Below are positions 29,215-38,674 of a stretch of 64,000 bases of DNA, piece after piece. The stretch's first letter is position 1. Every line of letters begins with the position of its first letter. The position numbers and the translations under genes were made by a program. Under the pieces are notes generated by a model. It did no database searches, had not been told where the DNA came from, and saw only the letters and a list, made by a program, of their open reading frames with translations. Where the stretch lies: assembly GCA_018667855.1 (NCBI GenBank), contig JABIRL010000080.1:10341-74340 (forward strand). The letters are read 5' to 3'. This DNA is from Rhodospirillaceae bacterium (lineage in GTDB: Bacteria > Pseudomonadota > Alphaproteobacteria > GCA-2731375).

Positions 29215-32200
29215 ATGACGAAGCCAGAGGATACCGCCATGAGTTCATTGCAAACGCCGCCGTCGCCAACAGAGGGCGCGCAACTGTTGGCGCTGGCGGC
29301 CGCACACTCGCCAGTAATCCTTTATGCGGCGGCCACCGATGACGACTTTGCCCCAACCTACATCAGCGAAAACCTTGAATCCCTGACCGGTCATTCCGTT
29401 GATCGGATGTTGTCCCGTGACGGCTATCGCGACCGCCAAATACATCCCGACGACTTGTCGGGCTATCGCCAAAGCTGCAGCTCCCTGGGCCCCGGCGATC
29501 GGACAAAATGCTCCTATCGGCTTCGTTCCCTGGACGGCGACTACCGCTGGTATCGAGACGATATTCATCGCGTTGAGGAGCCGGCGGTGCTGACGGGTTG
29601 CATGACCGATATCAATGCGGAAATTATGGCCGAGGCGGCGCAACAAGAGCAACAGCAGGCCTATCAGGAAGCTGTTGAACTCATCGATGGCGGCTTTTGT
29701 GTTTTCAACAGTGATGACAATGTCGTTGCCTGCAACACCATGATGGCCAAGGCGACAGGCCATGATCCGGAGCATTTTATCGGCAAGTCACGGAAGTTCC
29801 TGGCCGCGGAATTCCTGACCAAGATCGAGATTTTCGATGGCGAACCGACCGAACAGACCCCAGCCTGGGCCGAACGAATTTTTGACCGCATAAGCGACCC
29901 CAGCGGCATGGGTGCGGAATTGAAGATGCATGCCGGTTACTGGGTGCGGGCGACCTTTGCGCCAACCTCGGAAGGTGGCCGTGTCATTTTGATCACCAAT
30001 ATTCACGGCCAGAAGAAGTTGGAGCAGGAATCGCGGGAAAGCGCCGCGCAATTCCGCATGCTGGTCGAAAGCCATCCCCTGCCGGTTATTTTGGTGGATA
30101 TGGAATCCGGACGGATGCTGTATGAGAGCCCGGCGGCATCGGCCATGCTGGGCCGTGAGTGGGACCCGGATATCAATTTCAAGGCCAAGGATATGTATGC
30201 CGATTCCACGGATCGGGCGCAGTTTGTCACTGAATTGCAGCGCACGGGACAACTGCACAACAAATTGATGCCCTTCAAACGCGCCGACGGCACCCTGTTC
30301 CGCGTTGTCGTGGATGCCAATCTGATCATGCATCAGGGGCGGGAAGTCAGCATTGCGTCAATCACCGACCTGACAGCGGAACAGGACCGGGAGTTGGACC
30401 TGACCCGCGCCAACGAAACCATGGAAGATGCGATTGAATCCCTGTCCGAGGGCTTTGCCCTTTATGACCGGGATGACCGGATGGTGGCCTGCAACAGCCG
30501 GTATGTTGACTACAATTGGCCTTGTAAGGATCTCATCAAGCCGGGCATGCATTGGGAAGATTTGGTTAGAGTAGGCGCTTCACGCGACACATACTTTGAC
30601 AGCGATGACGAAATGGAAGCCTTCATCGAGCAGCACAAGGCTGTCCGGCTTCAGGGCAAGCCAATGCTCAATTATGGATATACCCAAAACGACGGGCGTT
30701 GCTTCCAATGCTCCAAACGGCCGACGCGCCAGGGCGGCATGGTGGTCACTCTTTCGGAAATATCTGAACGTACGGAGCTGGAGCGGGAATTGCGTGAGAG
30801 CGCGGAGCATTTTCGCATGCTGGTGGAAAGCCATCCCCTGCCGGTCATCCTGGTGGACGTAGAGACGGGGCGCGTGCTGTATGAAAGCCCCGCGGCTTCG
30901 ACCCTGTTTGGCCGGCAATGGCGCCCAGATTTCGACTTCAAGGTCCAGGATATGTACGCTGATCCCGATGATCGGGGGCAGTTTCTTGCTGAACTGCGCC
31001 GTACAGGTGAACTTCGCAACCGGCCGATCCACTACAAACGCGCCGATGGTTCGGCCTATTGGATCTCCTGCAATTCCAAGCTGATCATGCACGAAGGCCG
31101 GGAAGTCCATATAACCTCGATCCTGGATCTGACGGAGCAACAAGAACGGGCATCAGCTACGGCGCGGGCCAACGAGACCCTGGAGGACGCCATCGAATCC
31201 CTGTCGGAAGGGTTTGCCCTCTATGACGGTGATGATCGCCTTGTGTTGTTCAACAGCCGGTTTCTTGAATTCAACCAGATTTGCGCGGACATCATCAAGC
31301 CCGGTTTAGCCTTTGACGACTTGATCCGCGTGGGCACCGAGCGGGGCCAATTTTATGGCGAGAAATCGGAGATCGAAGCATTTTTGCGGGATCACCTGGC
31401 CGACCGCACGTCGGGCCTGGCCAGGCTTGGCTTTGAATACAGGCTTGCCGATGGGACCTGGTATCAATTCTCTTCGCAACCGACCCGGCAGGGCGGCACG
31501 GTCGTGACCATAATCGATATGTCCAGCCGTAAGGACATGGAACGTGCGCTGCGGGACAGCGAGGCATCGGTGCGGCAGATTCTGGAGAGCTGCCCGGCGC
31601 CCATTACGGTCAGCCGTGGCCATGACAGCATCATTTTGTACGAAAGCCCCGCTTCGAAACAATTGTTTAAGCGTGGTCAGGAAGGATCCAACATGGTGGC
31701 CCGGGATTATTGGGCCGACAAAAGTGATCGGGACAATGTCTGGGCGGAATTGCAGGAAACGGGCCTGGTGCAGGACCGACCCATACAATTCATTGACGGT
31801 GAAGGTAAGGCGTTTTGGGGTTCCTATTCTGGACGGATGGTGGAAAATCAAGGCGAGAAAATCATGATCTCGGCGATCCTTGATTTAACGGAATACCGCA
31901 CTCTTGAACAAGAGATGGTCCGCCAACGGGAAGCCCTGCATGTGAGCGAAAAGATGGTCGCCATGGGGGAGTTGTTGGCCAGCGTCTCCCATGAATTGAA
32001 CAACCCGCTGTCCGTGGTCGTTGGCCAGGCCTTGTTGCTGCAGGAAACCGCCACGGATCCGGCTGTCACTGCCCGGGCCGAGCGGATCGTAAGTTCCGCC
32101 GACCGTTGCGCCCGGATCGTCAGGACCTTCCTGTCCATGGCCCGCCAACAGCCGCGGGAAAGCAGCGCGGCAAACGTCAATGATCTGATCGACCTGGCGC

Positions 32201-33063
32201 TTGAAGTGGCCAGTTACTCGTTGCGCGCATCGGACATCAAGATTTCTCTCAATCTGGCGGCGACCCTGCCCAAGGTATTGGTGGATGCGGACCAAATCGT
32301 GCAAGTCTTTATCAACCTGATGGTCAATGCCGAACAGGCCCTGCGGGAAGTTGATGGTCCGCGCCAGTTGACCATGACCACCCAGTACCGGGCGCGGGAA
32401 GACGCTATCGTGGTAAAAATCAAGGATAATGGTCCAGGTATCCCCGATGACATTCGCCGGCGCATTTTTGAGCCGTTTTTCACCACCAAGGAAGTTGGTG
32501 ATGGGACCGGGATCGGCCTGGCCTTGTGCCATCGCATTCTGCAATCCCATGGCGGGCGGATCAAACTGGAAAGCGCGCCGGACCAGGGCGCCTCGTTCAT
32601 CATGCGGCTGCCGGCCGTGGTCGGCGATTGGGATACCGGCCCGGCGATGCCGAAACCGACCGAAGCGGCGGCCAGCCTGGCTGTTCTGATCATTGATGAT
32701 GAAACCAGCGTCGCTGAATTGGTCGCCGACATCCTGGAAATTGACGGCCATCGCACCGCCATTGCCAACAACGGAATTGGGGGCCTTGCACTTATGGCTG
32801 AACAGTCTTTTGATATTATTCTCAGCGACTTGCGCATGCCCGAACTTGACGGACCGGCCCTGTTCCGGCGTTTGCAGGCCGAGCAGCCCGAACTTTTGCA
32901 ACGGGTCGGGTTTCTGACCGGCGATACGTTAAGCGCGGATATGGACGAATTTCTTCGACAGTCCGGCCGCCCCTACATCGAAAAACCAATTACGCCCAGC
33001 GACGTGCGGGAACTTGTCCTGCGTATTTTGGAGGCTCAACTGCCGGCAAATCCGCTTCATTGA
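29215..33063 (+). CDS. multi-PAS hybrid sensor histidine kinase (PAS x5-6, HisKA, HATPase_c, C-terminal receiver)
   Basis: 1282 aa; H-box SVSHELNNPL, G-box GTGIGL, C-terminal REC (VLIIDDE...ILSDLRMPELDG); alternative start at 29239 has a better SD. Confidence 0.85.
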   Translation: MTKPEDTAMSSLQTPPSPTEGAQLLALAAAHSPVILYAAATDDDFAPTYISENLESLTGHSVDRMLSRDGYRDRQIHPDDLSGYRQSCSSLGPGDRTKCSYRLRSLDGDYRWYRDDIHRVEEPAVLTGCMTDINAEIMAEAAQQEQQQAYQEAVELIDGGFCVFNSDDNVVACNTMMAKATGHDPEHFIGKSRKFLAAEFLTKIEIFDGEPTEQTPAWAERIFDRISDPSGMGAELKMHAGYWVRATFAPTSEGGRVILITNIHGQKKLEQESRESAAQFRMLVESHPLPVILVDMESGRMLYESPAASAMLGREWDPDINFKAKDMYADSTDRAQFVTELQRTGQLHNKLMPFKRADGTLFRVVVDANLIMHQGREVSIASITDLTAEQDRELDLTRANETMEDAIESLSEGFALYDRDDRMVACNSRYVDYNWPCKDLIKPGMHWEDLVRVGASRDTYFDSDDEMEAFIEQHKAVRLQGKPMLNYGYTQNDGRCFQCSKRPTRQGGMVVTLSEISERTELERELRESAEHFRMLVESHPLPVILVDVETGRVLYESPAASTLFGRQWRPDFDFKVQDMYADPDDRGQFLAELRRTGELRNRPIHYKRADGSAYWISCNSKLIMHEGREVHITSILDLTEQQERASATARANETLEDAIESLSEGFALYDGDDRLVLFNSRFLEFNQICADIIKPGLAFDDLIRVGTERGQFYGEKSEIEAFLRDHLADRTSGLARLGFEYRLADGTWYQFSSQPTRQGGTVVTIIDMSSRKDMERALRDSEASVRQILESCPAPITVSRGHDSIILYESPASKQLFKRGQEGSNMVARDYWADKSDRDNVWAELQETGLVQDRPIQFIDGEGKAFWGSYSGRMVENQGEKIMISAILDLTEYRTLEQEMVRQREALHVSEKMVAMGELLASVSHELNNPLSVVVGQALLLQETATDPAVTARAERIVSSADRCARIVRTFLSMARQQPRESSAANVNDLIDLALEVASYSLRASDIKISLNLAATLPKVLVDADQIVQVFINLMVNAEQALREVDGPRQLTMTTQYRAREDAIVVKIKDNGPGIPDDIRRRIFEPFFTTKEVGDGTGIGLALCHRILQSHGGRIKLESAPDQGASFIMRLPAVVGDWDTGPAMPKPTEAAASLAVLIIDDETSVAELVADILEIDGHRTAIANNGIGGLALMAEQSFDIILSDLRMPELDGPALFRRLQAEQPELLQRVGFLTGDTLSADMDEFLRQSGRPYIEKPITPSDVRELVLRILEAQLPANPLH
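30028..31545 (+). repeat. intragenic tandem duplication of a ~253-aa dual-PAS module (2 x 759 nt) within the kinase gene
   Basis: Modules starting ESRESAAQFRMLVESHPLPVILVD and ELRESAEHFRMLVESHPLPVILVD align collinearly over ~250 aa at roughly 55-60% identity. Confidence 0.7.
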
Positions 33064-33386
33064 AACAATTGAAACAAAACCGTGCTCGTTCCGACACATC
33101 TCTGAAATTGCAGGCCGTCATTATCCCGACATCGCAATTGGGACCGGGCCAGGAAACCCGGACATGAATTGAGAGCGAGAGGGCGGAAAGATGTATTTTG
33201 CAACGATGAACGGCCCCATACAGGTTGGTGGGCACGGCCACTATGGTTTCAAGACAATTGCCCCTTATGTGGCCGCACATGGGATGGCCGTCGCGTTCCT
33301 GCATGATATTACTATTGCGTTTATTCGTTGGATCAAGGCGCGGCACGGTTAACCCAATAGGGCGATAGCCGGCACGCGGGAGATAG

Positions 33387-34106
33387 ATGATGGGTGACAT
33401 GGATCATATTGTTGTCGTTGACGACGAACAGGATATCCGCGACACCCTGCGGGAATACCTCGAAATCAAGAATTTCCGCGTCACCCCGGCCATGGATGGC
33501 GCCGCGTTGCGGGAAATCATCGGGTCCGGAGAAACCATTGATCTGATTATTCTGGATATTTCCATGCCGGGCGAGGATGGCCTGACCTTGGCGCGGTTCA
33601 TCCGGGAAAGTTCCGACGTACCCATTATTATGCTGACCGCGGCCAATGATGTCATGGACCGGATTGTCGGCCTGGAAATGGGCGCGGACGATTATCTTTC
33701 AAAACCCGTGGATCTGCGTGAATTGTTTGCCAGGGTGAAAACCATTCTGCGGCGCACCCGGTTGAATTCTGGCGACGGCGCGTTGGCGGCGACCCCGAAA
33801 CAGCAGATTCGCGTCGGCAGTTGCCATCTGGACCTGGACGCCCATCGGCTGTTTGACAAGGAAGGCGCGGAAATCGCCATCACGGCCATGGAATACGATC
33901 TGCTGCGCGCCTTCGTCGAGCGCCCGAATCGAGTTCTGACGCGGGACCAGCTGTTGGAATTCGCCCACCACAAGAATTGGGAACCGTTTGACCGTTCCAT
34001 CGATATCCGTATCGCCCGCCTGCGCCGCAAGATCGAAACAGACCCCACCAAACCGCGGGTCATCAAGACCGTACGCGGCATGGGTTATACCTACGCGCCC
34101 CAATAA
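33387..34106 (+). CDS. OmpR-family DNA-binding response regulator
   Basis: REC domain (VVVDDE...D58-like ILDISMPGEDG) plus winged-helix trans_reg_C C-terminus. Confidence 0.85.
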   Translation: MMGDMDHIVVVDDEQDIRDTLREYLEIKNFRVTPAMDGAALREIIGSGETIDLIILDISMPGEDGLTLARFIRESSDVPIIMLTAANDVMDRIVGLEMGADDYLSKPVDLRELFARVKTILRRTRLNSGDGALAATPKQQIRVGSCHLDLDAHRLFDKEGAEIAITAMEYDLLRAFVERPNRVLTRDQLLEFAHHKNWEPFDRSIDIRIARLRRKIETDPTKPRVIKTVRGMGYTYAPQ

Positions 34107-34132
34107 CTCAGTTACCACATGGTGAAATTACG

Positions 34133-34170
34133 GCGCCTTTGCTGAAAGCAAGGCGCCGCATTATTTTCCG
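34133..34170 (+). terminator. rho-independent terminator after the response regulator gene
   Basis: GGCGCCTTTGCTGAAAGCAAGGCGCC hairpin followed by GCATTATTTTCC. Confidence 0.6.
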
Positions 34171-34351
34171 CAGGCCATAAACCCTTGGTTTGCTCGAGCA
34201 ATTCCGAATTGGAAATGCTTCAGCAGATACAATTGAAACATTTCCGCCCCGCCCCTGACACGAAACAGACATGGCGGTCCCCTAGATTGAGATTTGCAGG
34301 CGGTCGCCCATTGGTACCGCCGTCCATTCGGCAAACGGCAGGGAAAACAAC

Positions 34352-34711
34352 ATGACCATTTCCACATTTGAACGCTACGGCGGCTTTGGCAGCATCAACA
34401 AGGTGGTTACGGCCTTTTACGACAAGGTTCTCGATTCGCCGGTGCTGAGCCGCTATTTCGAGACGATCGACATGCGCCGGCAAATCGACCATCAAACCAA
34501 ATTCATTGCCTCCCTGATGGGCGGGCCCGCATCCTACTCCAATCAGGAGCTCGAGCGCGCGCACTCACGCTTCACCATTACGCGTGGTGAATTCAACGAG
34601 ATGATGGAGCTGCTTCAGGAAACCCTGGAAGATTTCGACCTGGAAGATGAACACGTGAACGAGGTCGTACAAAACTTCAACAACCGGGCGAGTTTCATCG
34701 TCAAACATTGA
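34352..34711 (+). CDS. glbN: group 1 truncated hemoglobin (trHbN, 2/2 globin)
   Basis: 119 aa; FYDKVL (B9-B10 Phe-Tyr), GGP motif, proximal His region ERAHSRF. Confidence 0.8.
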   Translation: MTISTFERYGGFGSINKVVTAFYDKVLDSPVLSRYFETIDMRRQIDHQTKFIASLMGGPASYSNQELERAHSRFTITRGEFNEMMELLQETLEDFDLEDEHVNEVVQNFNNRASFIVKH

Positions 34712-34753
34712 TGGCACGCCAATTTTGCAGCCATCGGCCACCGGAGATGAGTA

Positions 34754-35866
34754 ATGGCGGAAGTAATTAGAATGGATAATTTGAGCCAGATGATACCAGG
34801 TGCTTTGCCACAGGAAAAATTGGGCGATGTCCTAAGAGACCTGGAAACTGGGGTCGCCATCGTGGCGCTGGCCGATTGGCGCATCACTTTCGAGAATGGC
34901 CGCTTTTTCCAATGGTGCCCGCCCAAAGACGATGCCGATGCGCCCCTCAGCGACCGTCTGGACGATTTCAAGGCGGACCGGGCCCGGGACCGTCTTCAAA
35001 AAAATCGCCCCTATCGTCAAAGTTTCGAGGTTCGCGAAGGTGCGCGGTCAACATTCCTAGAAATCACTATGCGGTCTTTTGATGGCGGCAGTGACTATGC
35101 GGTCGTGGAATGCCGTGACATGACGGCGCAGAAGCGCGCCGAGTACATGCTGGAATCCTATTCCGAGGTTAGCGAGCGCAATACGCGGGAATTGCAAAAG
35201 GAAAAGGACCGTGTGGAGAAATTGCTGTTGAACATCATGCCGCGCTCGGTCTACGAAGAGATGAAAGACTACGGCACGGTGACGCCGCAGCGCTATGAAA
35301 ACGCCACGATCATGCTGCTGGATTTCGTTGATTTCACCGAAATGGCGATCAGCCGGGAACCGGGCGAACTGGTTGCCGAATTGAACGACATTTTCTCCGC
35401 TTTTGACCGGATCGTGGAAATGTTCGGTTGTGAGCGGATCAAGACCATGGGCGATGCCTACATGGCTGTCTCGGGCCTGCCGGAGTCGAGCCCGGAGCAT
35501 GCCGCCGATATGGCCCGCGTCGCCCTACGGATCCGCCGCTATCTGGGCCGGCGCAATGCCGCCCATAGGCAGACCTGGAATTGCCGCATCGGCATCGCCA
35601 CGGGTCCGGTGATTGGTTCCATCGTCGGTATTCAGAAATACGTCTACGACATCTTCGGCCCCGGTGTGAACATGGCGGCCCGCATGGAAAGTTTCTCCGA
35701 ACCCATGCGTATTACCATGTCGTCGGAAACCTACGATCTGATTGCCGATGATTTCATCGTCGAGGATCGCGGCTTTCACGAAGTTAAAGGCTTTGGCAAC
35801 ACGGAGCTGTTTTTCCTGGAGGGTGAAAAAGAACGCACCACGATCCGCCGGGAAACCCGGCTGTAG
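34754..35866 (+). CDS. class III adenylate/guanylate cyclase with N-terminal PAS-like sensor region
   Basis: C-terminal CHD (IKTMGDAYMAVSG, GPGVNMAARME); ~180-aa N-terminal sensor/coiled-coil region; starts 42 nt after trHbN. Confidence 0.8.
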   Translation: MAEVIRMDNLSQMIPGALPQEKLGDVLRDLETGVAIVALADWRITFENGRFFQWCPPKDDADAPLSDRLDDFKADRARDRLQKNRPYRQSFEVREGARSTFLEITMRSFDGGSDYAVVECRDMTAQKRAEYMLESYSEVSERNTRELQKEKDRVEKLLLNIMPRSVYEEMKDYGTVTPQRYENATIMLLDFVDFTEMAISREPGELVAELNDIFSAFDRIVEMFGCERIKTMGDAYMAVSGLPESSPEHAADMARVALRIRRYLGRRNAAHRQTWNCRIGIATGPVIGSIVGIQKYVYDIFGPGVNMAARMESFSEPMRITMSSETYDLIADDFIVEDRGFHEVKGFGNTELFFLEGEKERTTIRRETRL

Positions 35867-35992
35867 ACCATTTTCGATTTTCATCGAGTAGCCAAGCCAC
35901 CCGCTCCCCCTGCCCGTCCACCCATTAATGGTACCCTGTGGGCGCACGGGCACGGGGAGCGGGTGGGTAGTTAGATTCAGAAAATGCTCTAG
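35864..35992 (+). repeat. palindromic intergenic repeat element, family B copy 3 (with extra internal palindrome)
   Basis: TAGACCATTTTCGATTTTCAT...CCACCCGCTCC / GGAGCGGGTGG ...GAAAATGCTCTAG; termini supply the stops of the cyclase (TAG) and dctQ' (CTA) genes. Confidence 0.75.
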
Positions 35993-36519
35993 AATTCCGC
36001 GTCCAGAACGCGGTCTTCCTCTGATCGCGTTGCCGTCGCGGTGCCTTTTACGATACCCCGTACCGATTGCACCGCATCGACGGCCAGGCGCAGTGTTAAT
36101 ATGGCAATGCCGAAAAATACCGCGAATTTGGGCGGCCATTCGACCAGCTCCCATAACCCGGTAACATAGGAGCCGTAGTCCCAGGCGTGCTTAAAATCGG
36201 CAAACGTGGCGGCGGACAAAACGGCGAAGGCGATCAGGCCGATAAAGACGCCGAATGTCTCGAGTATCACTTTCGTATTGTTCGACATCCATTCCGTGAA
36301 AATCGTAACGAAGACATGCTCCCGCTCGGCCTGGACCGAGCTCAGGGGCAGGAAAACGATGAATACCATAAGGAATTCGCTGATCACCAAATCGTCGGGA
36401 ACCGGCGAGTTGAAAATATAGCGTGCCGTGACCGAGACACAAATCTGCAGCATCAAAAGGGTCAGGGCGGCGACCGCGGTCACGACCAGAAGGCGGTCAA
36501 TCCATTGCAGTATTTTCAC
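35989..36519 (-). CDS. dctQ: TRAP transporter small permease (DctQ family), second copy
   Basis: 176 aa; ~65% identical to the 38075-38605 product; identical C-terminus GTATATRSEEDRVLDAE. Confidence 0.8.
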   Translation of the reverse strand: MKILQWIDRLLVVTAVAALTLLMLQICVSVTARYIFNSPVPDDLVISEFLMVFIVFLPLSSVQAEREHVFVTIFTEWMSNNTKVILETFGVFIGLIAFAVLSAATFADFKHAWDYGSYVTGLWELVEWPPKFAVFFGIAILTLRLAVDAVQSVRGIVKGTATATRSEEDRVLDAEF

Positions 36520-36715
36520 GATAAATGCGCCAGGGATCCAACGAACAATGAACCGGGTTCCGGCCCTCTACTTGCAGATTATTAGGAAAATTGCTTCCAG
36601 AATGCCAGCATAACCCATGCGCCCGCCGGCCACATCCCCGGCAACTGGGACATTTCGCCGCGGCGGCTGTCCTTCGGTACCGTCCAAGATGCCGCGTCGT
36701 ATCTTCAGATCACCT

Positions 36716-38059
36716 CTAACGCAATAACAATGACGGCAGCCACAGGCTGATTTCCGGGAATATGATCAGAACGGCCAAGGTCAGAACATCCATGGCCAGG
36801 AACCACATGATACCCTTGAAGATTGTCTCCAACGGCACCGCATCACCCACCACGCCTTTTAGAATATAGACGTTCAGGCCGACAGGCGGGGTAATCAGAC
36901 CGATTTCCAGGAACTTGACCATGATGACGCCAAACCAGACCAGATCGTAACCCAGGTCCGCGATCACCGGTGTCACCACGGGCAGGGTCAGCAACATCAT
37001 GCCCAAGGGGTCCATGAAAGTGCCCAGCACGATGTAGATGACCGAAAGGGACAGCAGGATCATCACGGGAGGCACATCCAGATGGCCGGCCCAAATGGTC
37101 AACTCAGCCGCCACCCCGGTCAGGGCGATGAAGCCGACAAACAATTTCGCACCCAGAACCAGAGCGAAAATATTGGCCGACTGCCGCGCCGTTTCCACCA
37201 GCGCATCGCGAGCGGTCGCCAAGGTCAACCGCCTGGCCAGGAAACCTAGAACAAAGGCGCCCGCGGCACCTGCGGCGGCGGCTTCGGTTGGGGTGACGAT
37301 GCCGGAATAGATGCCACCCATGACGATCATGAACAAGGTCAGAATTGACCAGGTGCCCTTCAAAGCGACGAGTTTCTCACCCCAGGACGACGGCTCTCCC
37401 CGCGGCGCGAATTTCGGATTGGCCCGGGCCCGGACCCAGACCATGACCATATAGATCATGGCGGACATAATGCCGGGGATCAGGCCGGCCATCAACAACT
37501 GGCCCACGGATTCCTCCGTGAAGATACCATACAGGATCATCAAAATAGAGGGTGGGATCAGGGAACCCAGAGTGCCCGAGGCGGCAACCACGCCGGTTGC
37601 CAGGCCGGGGTCGTATTTGTGCCGCAGCATTTCCGGGACGGCCAGCTTGCCCATGGCCGCCGCGGTCGCCAGGGAAGAGCCGCTGACGGCGGCGAACATG
37701 GCGCAACCGGCGACCGAGGCCAGGGCCAGGCCGCCATGCAGCTTGGACATCCAGACCCGCGCGGTATCATAAATATCGCGGGTAAAACCGGCGTGAAACG
37801 CCACATAACCCATCAGCAGAAACAGCGGCACCGCGACAATGGGAAAAGAGGCGATGAAGGAAAACGGTTCAACGGAGGCGTAGGCGAAGGAGGCGTCGAA
37901 ACCACGCTCAAAATCCAATTCTTCGCCAGGGGGCCAGCCAACCGCGAAGATCGTGCCGACAAAGCCGGTTATGGCCATGCCAAAGGCGATGGGTACGCGA
38001 AGAGAAACCAGGCCAAGCATCGCGCCCAGGCCGAGCATACCAAGAACAAAGGGATCCAT
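36716..38059 (-). CDS. dctM: TRAP transporter large permease (DctM family)
   Basis: 447 aa polytopic membrane protein with DctM-type motifs. Confidence 0.85.
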   Translation of the reverse strand: MDPFVLGMLGLGAMLGLVSLRVPIAFGMAITGFVGTIFAVGWPPGEELDFERGFDASFAYASVEPFSFIASFPIVAVPLFLLMGYVAFHAGFTRDIYDTARVWMSKLHGGLALASVAGCAMFAAVSGSSLATAAAMGKLAVPEMLRHKYDPGLATGVVAASGTLGSLIPPSILMILYGIFTEESVGQLLMAGLIPGIMSAMIYMVMVWVRARANPKFAPRGEPSSWGEKLVALKGTWSILTLFMIVMGGIYSGIVTPTEAAAAGAAGAFVLGFLARRLTLATARDALVETARQSANIFALVLGAKLFVGFIALTGVAAELTIWAGHLDVPPVMILLSLSVIYIVLGTFMDPLGMMLLTLPVVTPVIADLGYDLVWFGVIMVKFLEIGLITPPVGLNVYILKGVVGDAVPLETIFKGIMWFLAMDVLTLAVLIIFPEISLWLPSLLLR

Positions 38060-38074
38060 TATCTACCTTAATTT

Positions 38075-38605
38075 CTATAATTCTGCGTCAAGTACACGGT
38101 CTTCTTCCGACCGCGTCGCCGTTGCCGTGTCCGTGACAATGCCATGGATGGATTGAATCAAATCGACCAGCAAACGCACGGTGAACAACGCCACCCCGAA
38201 AACAAGCACGATCTTTGGCGGCCATTCCAGTAATTCCAGCGGCCCATCCACATAGGATTGGAATTCCCAGGCATCGGCGAAGTCATCGTAAACAGCGACA
38301 GTGACGATGAAGAAGGCGATCAGGCCGACGAAAACACCAAAGGTTTCGAAGATGACCTTTTTGCGGTTCGGCAGCCATTCGGTGAAGATCGTAACAAAGA
38401 CATGTTCCCGCGCCGCTTGTACCGAGCTCAAGGGCAGAAAAACAATGAAAATCATTAGATACTCGCTGAACACCAAATCATCGGGAATTGGCATGGCGAA
38501 CAAATAACGCCCCAATACCGAAATACATACCAGCAGCATCAAGGAAACCAGTGCCGTGGTCGCAATTACGACCGAAATGCGGTCTATCCAACTCAATGTC
38601 TTCAC
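38075..38605 (-). CDS. dctQ: TRAP transporter small permease (DctQ family)
   Basis: 176 aa, 4 predicted TMS, between dctP and dctM. Confidence 0.8.
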   Translation of the reverse strand: MKTLSWIDRISVVIATTALVSLMLLVCISVLGRYLFAMPIPDDLVFSEYLMIFIVFLPLSSVQAAREHVFVTIFTEWLPNRKKVIFETFGVFVGLIAFFIVTVAVYDDFADAWEFQSYVDGPLELLEWPPKIVLVFGVALFTVRLLVDLIQSIHGIVTDTATATRSEEDRVLDAEL

Positions 38606-38674
38606 AATTTAGACCACGGGGTTCCGATCCCTTATGGATCGGAACCCCGTCCCTCTACTTATTCTTCCGTTACA

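Noticed and set aside
32990-33400. 136-aa minus-strand ORF spanning the kinase–regulator intergenic region
   Set aside because: It runs antisense into both flanking genes, has no RBS, and the region is better explained by the plus-strand micro-ORF and the regulator's promoter.
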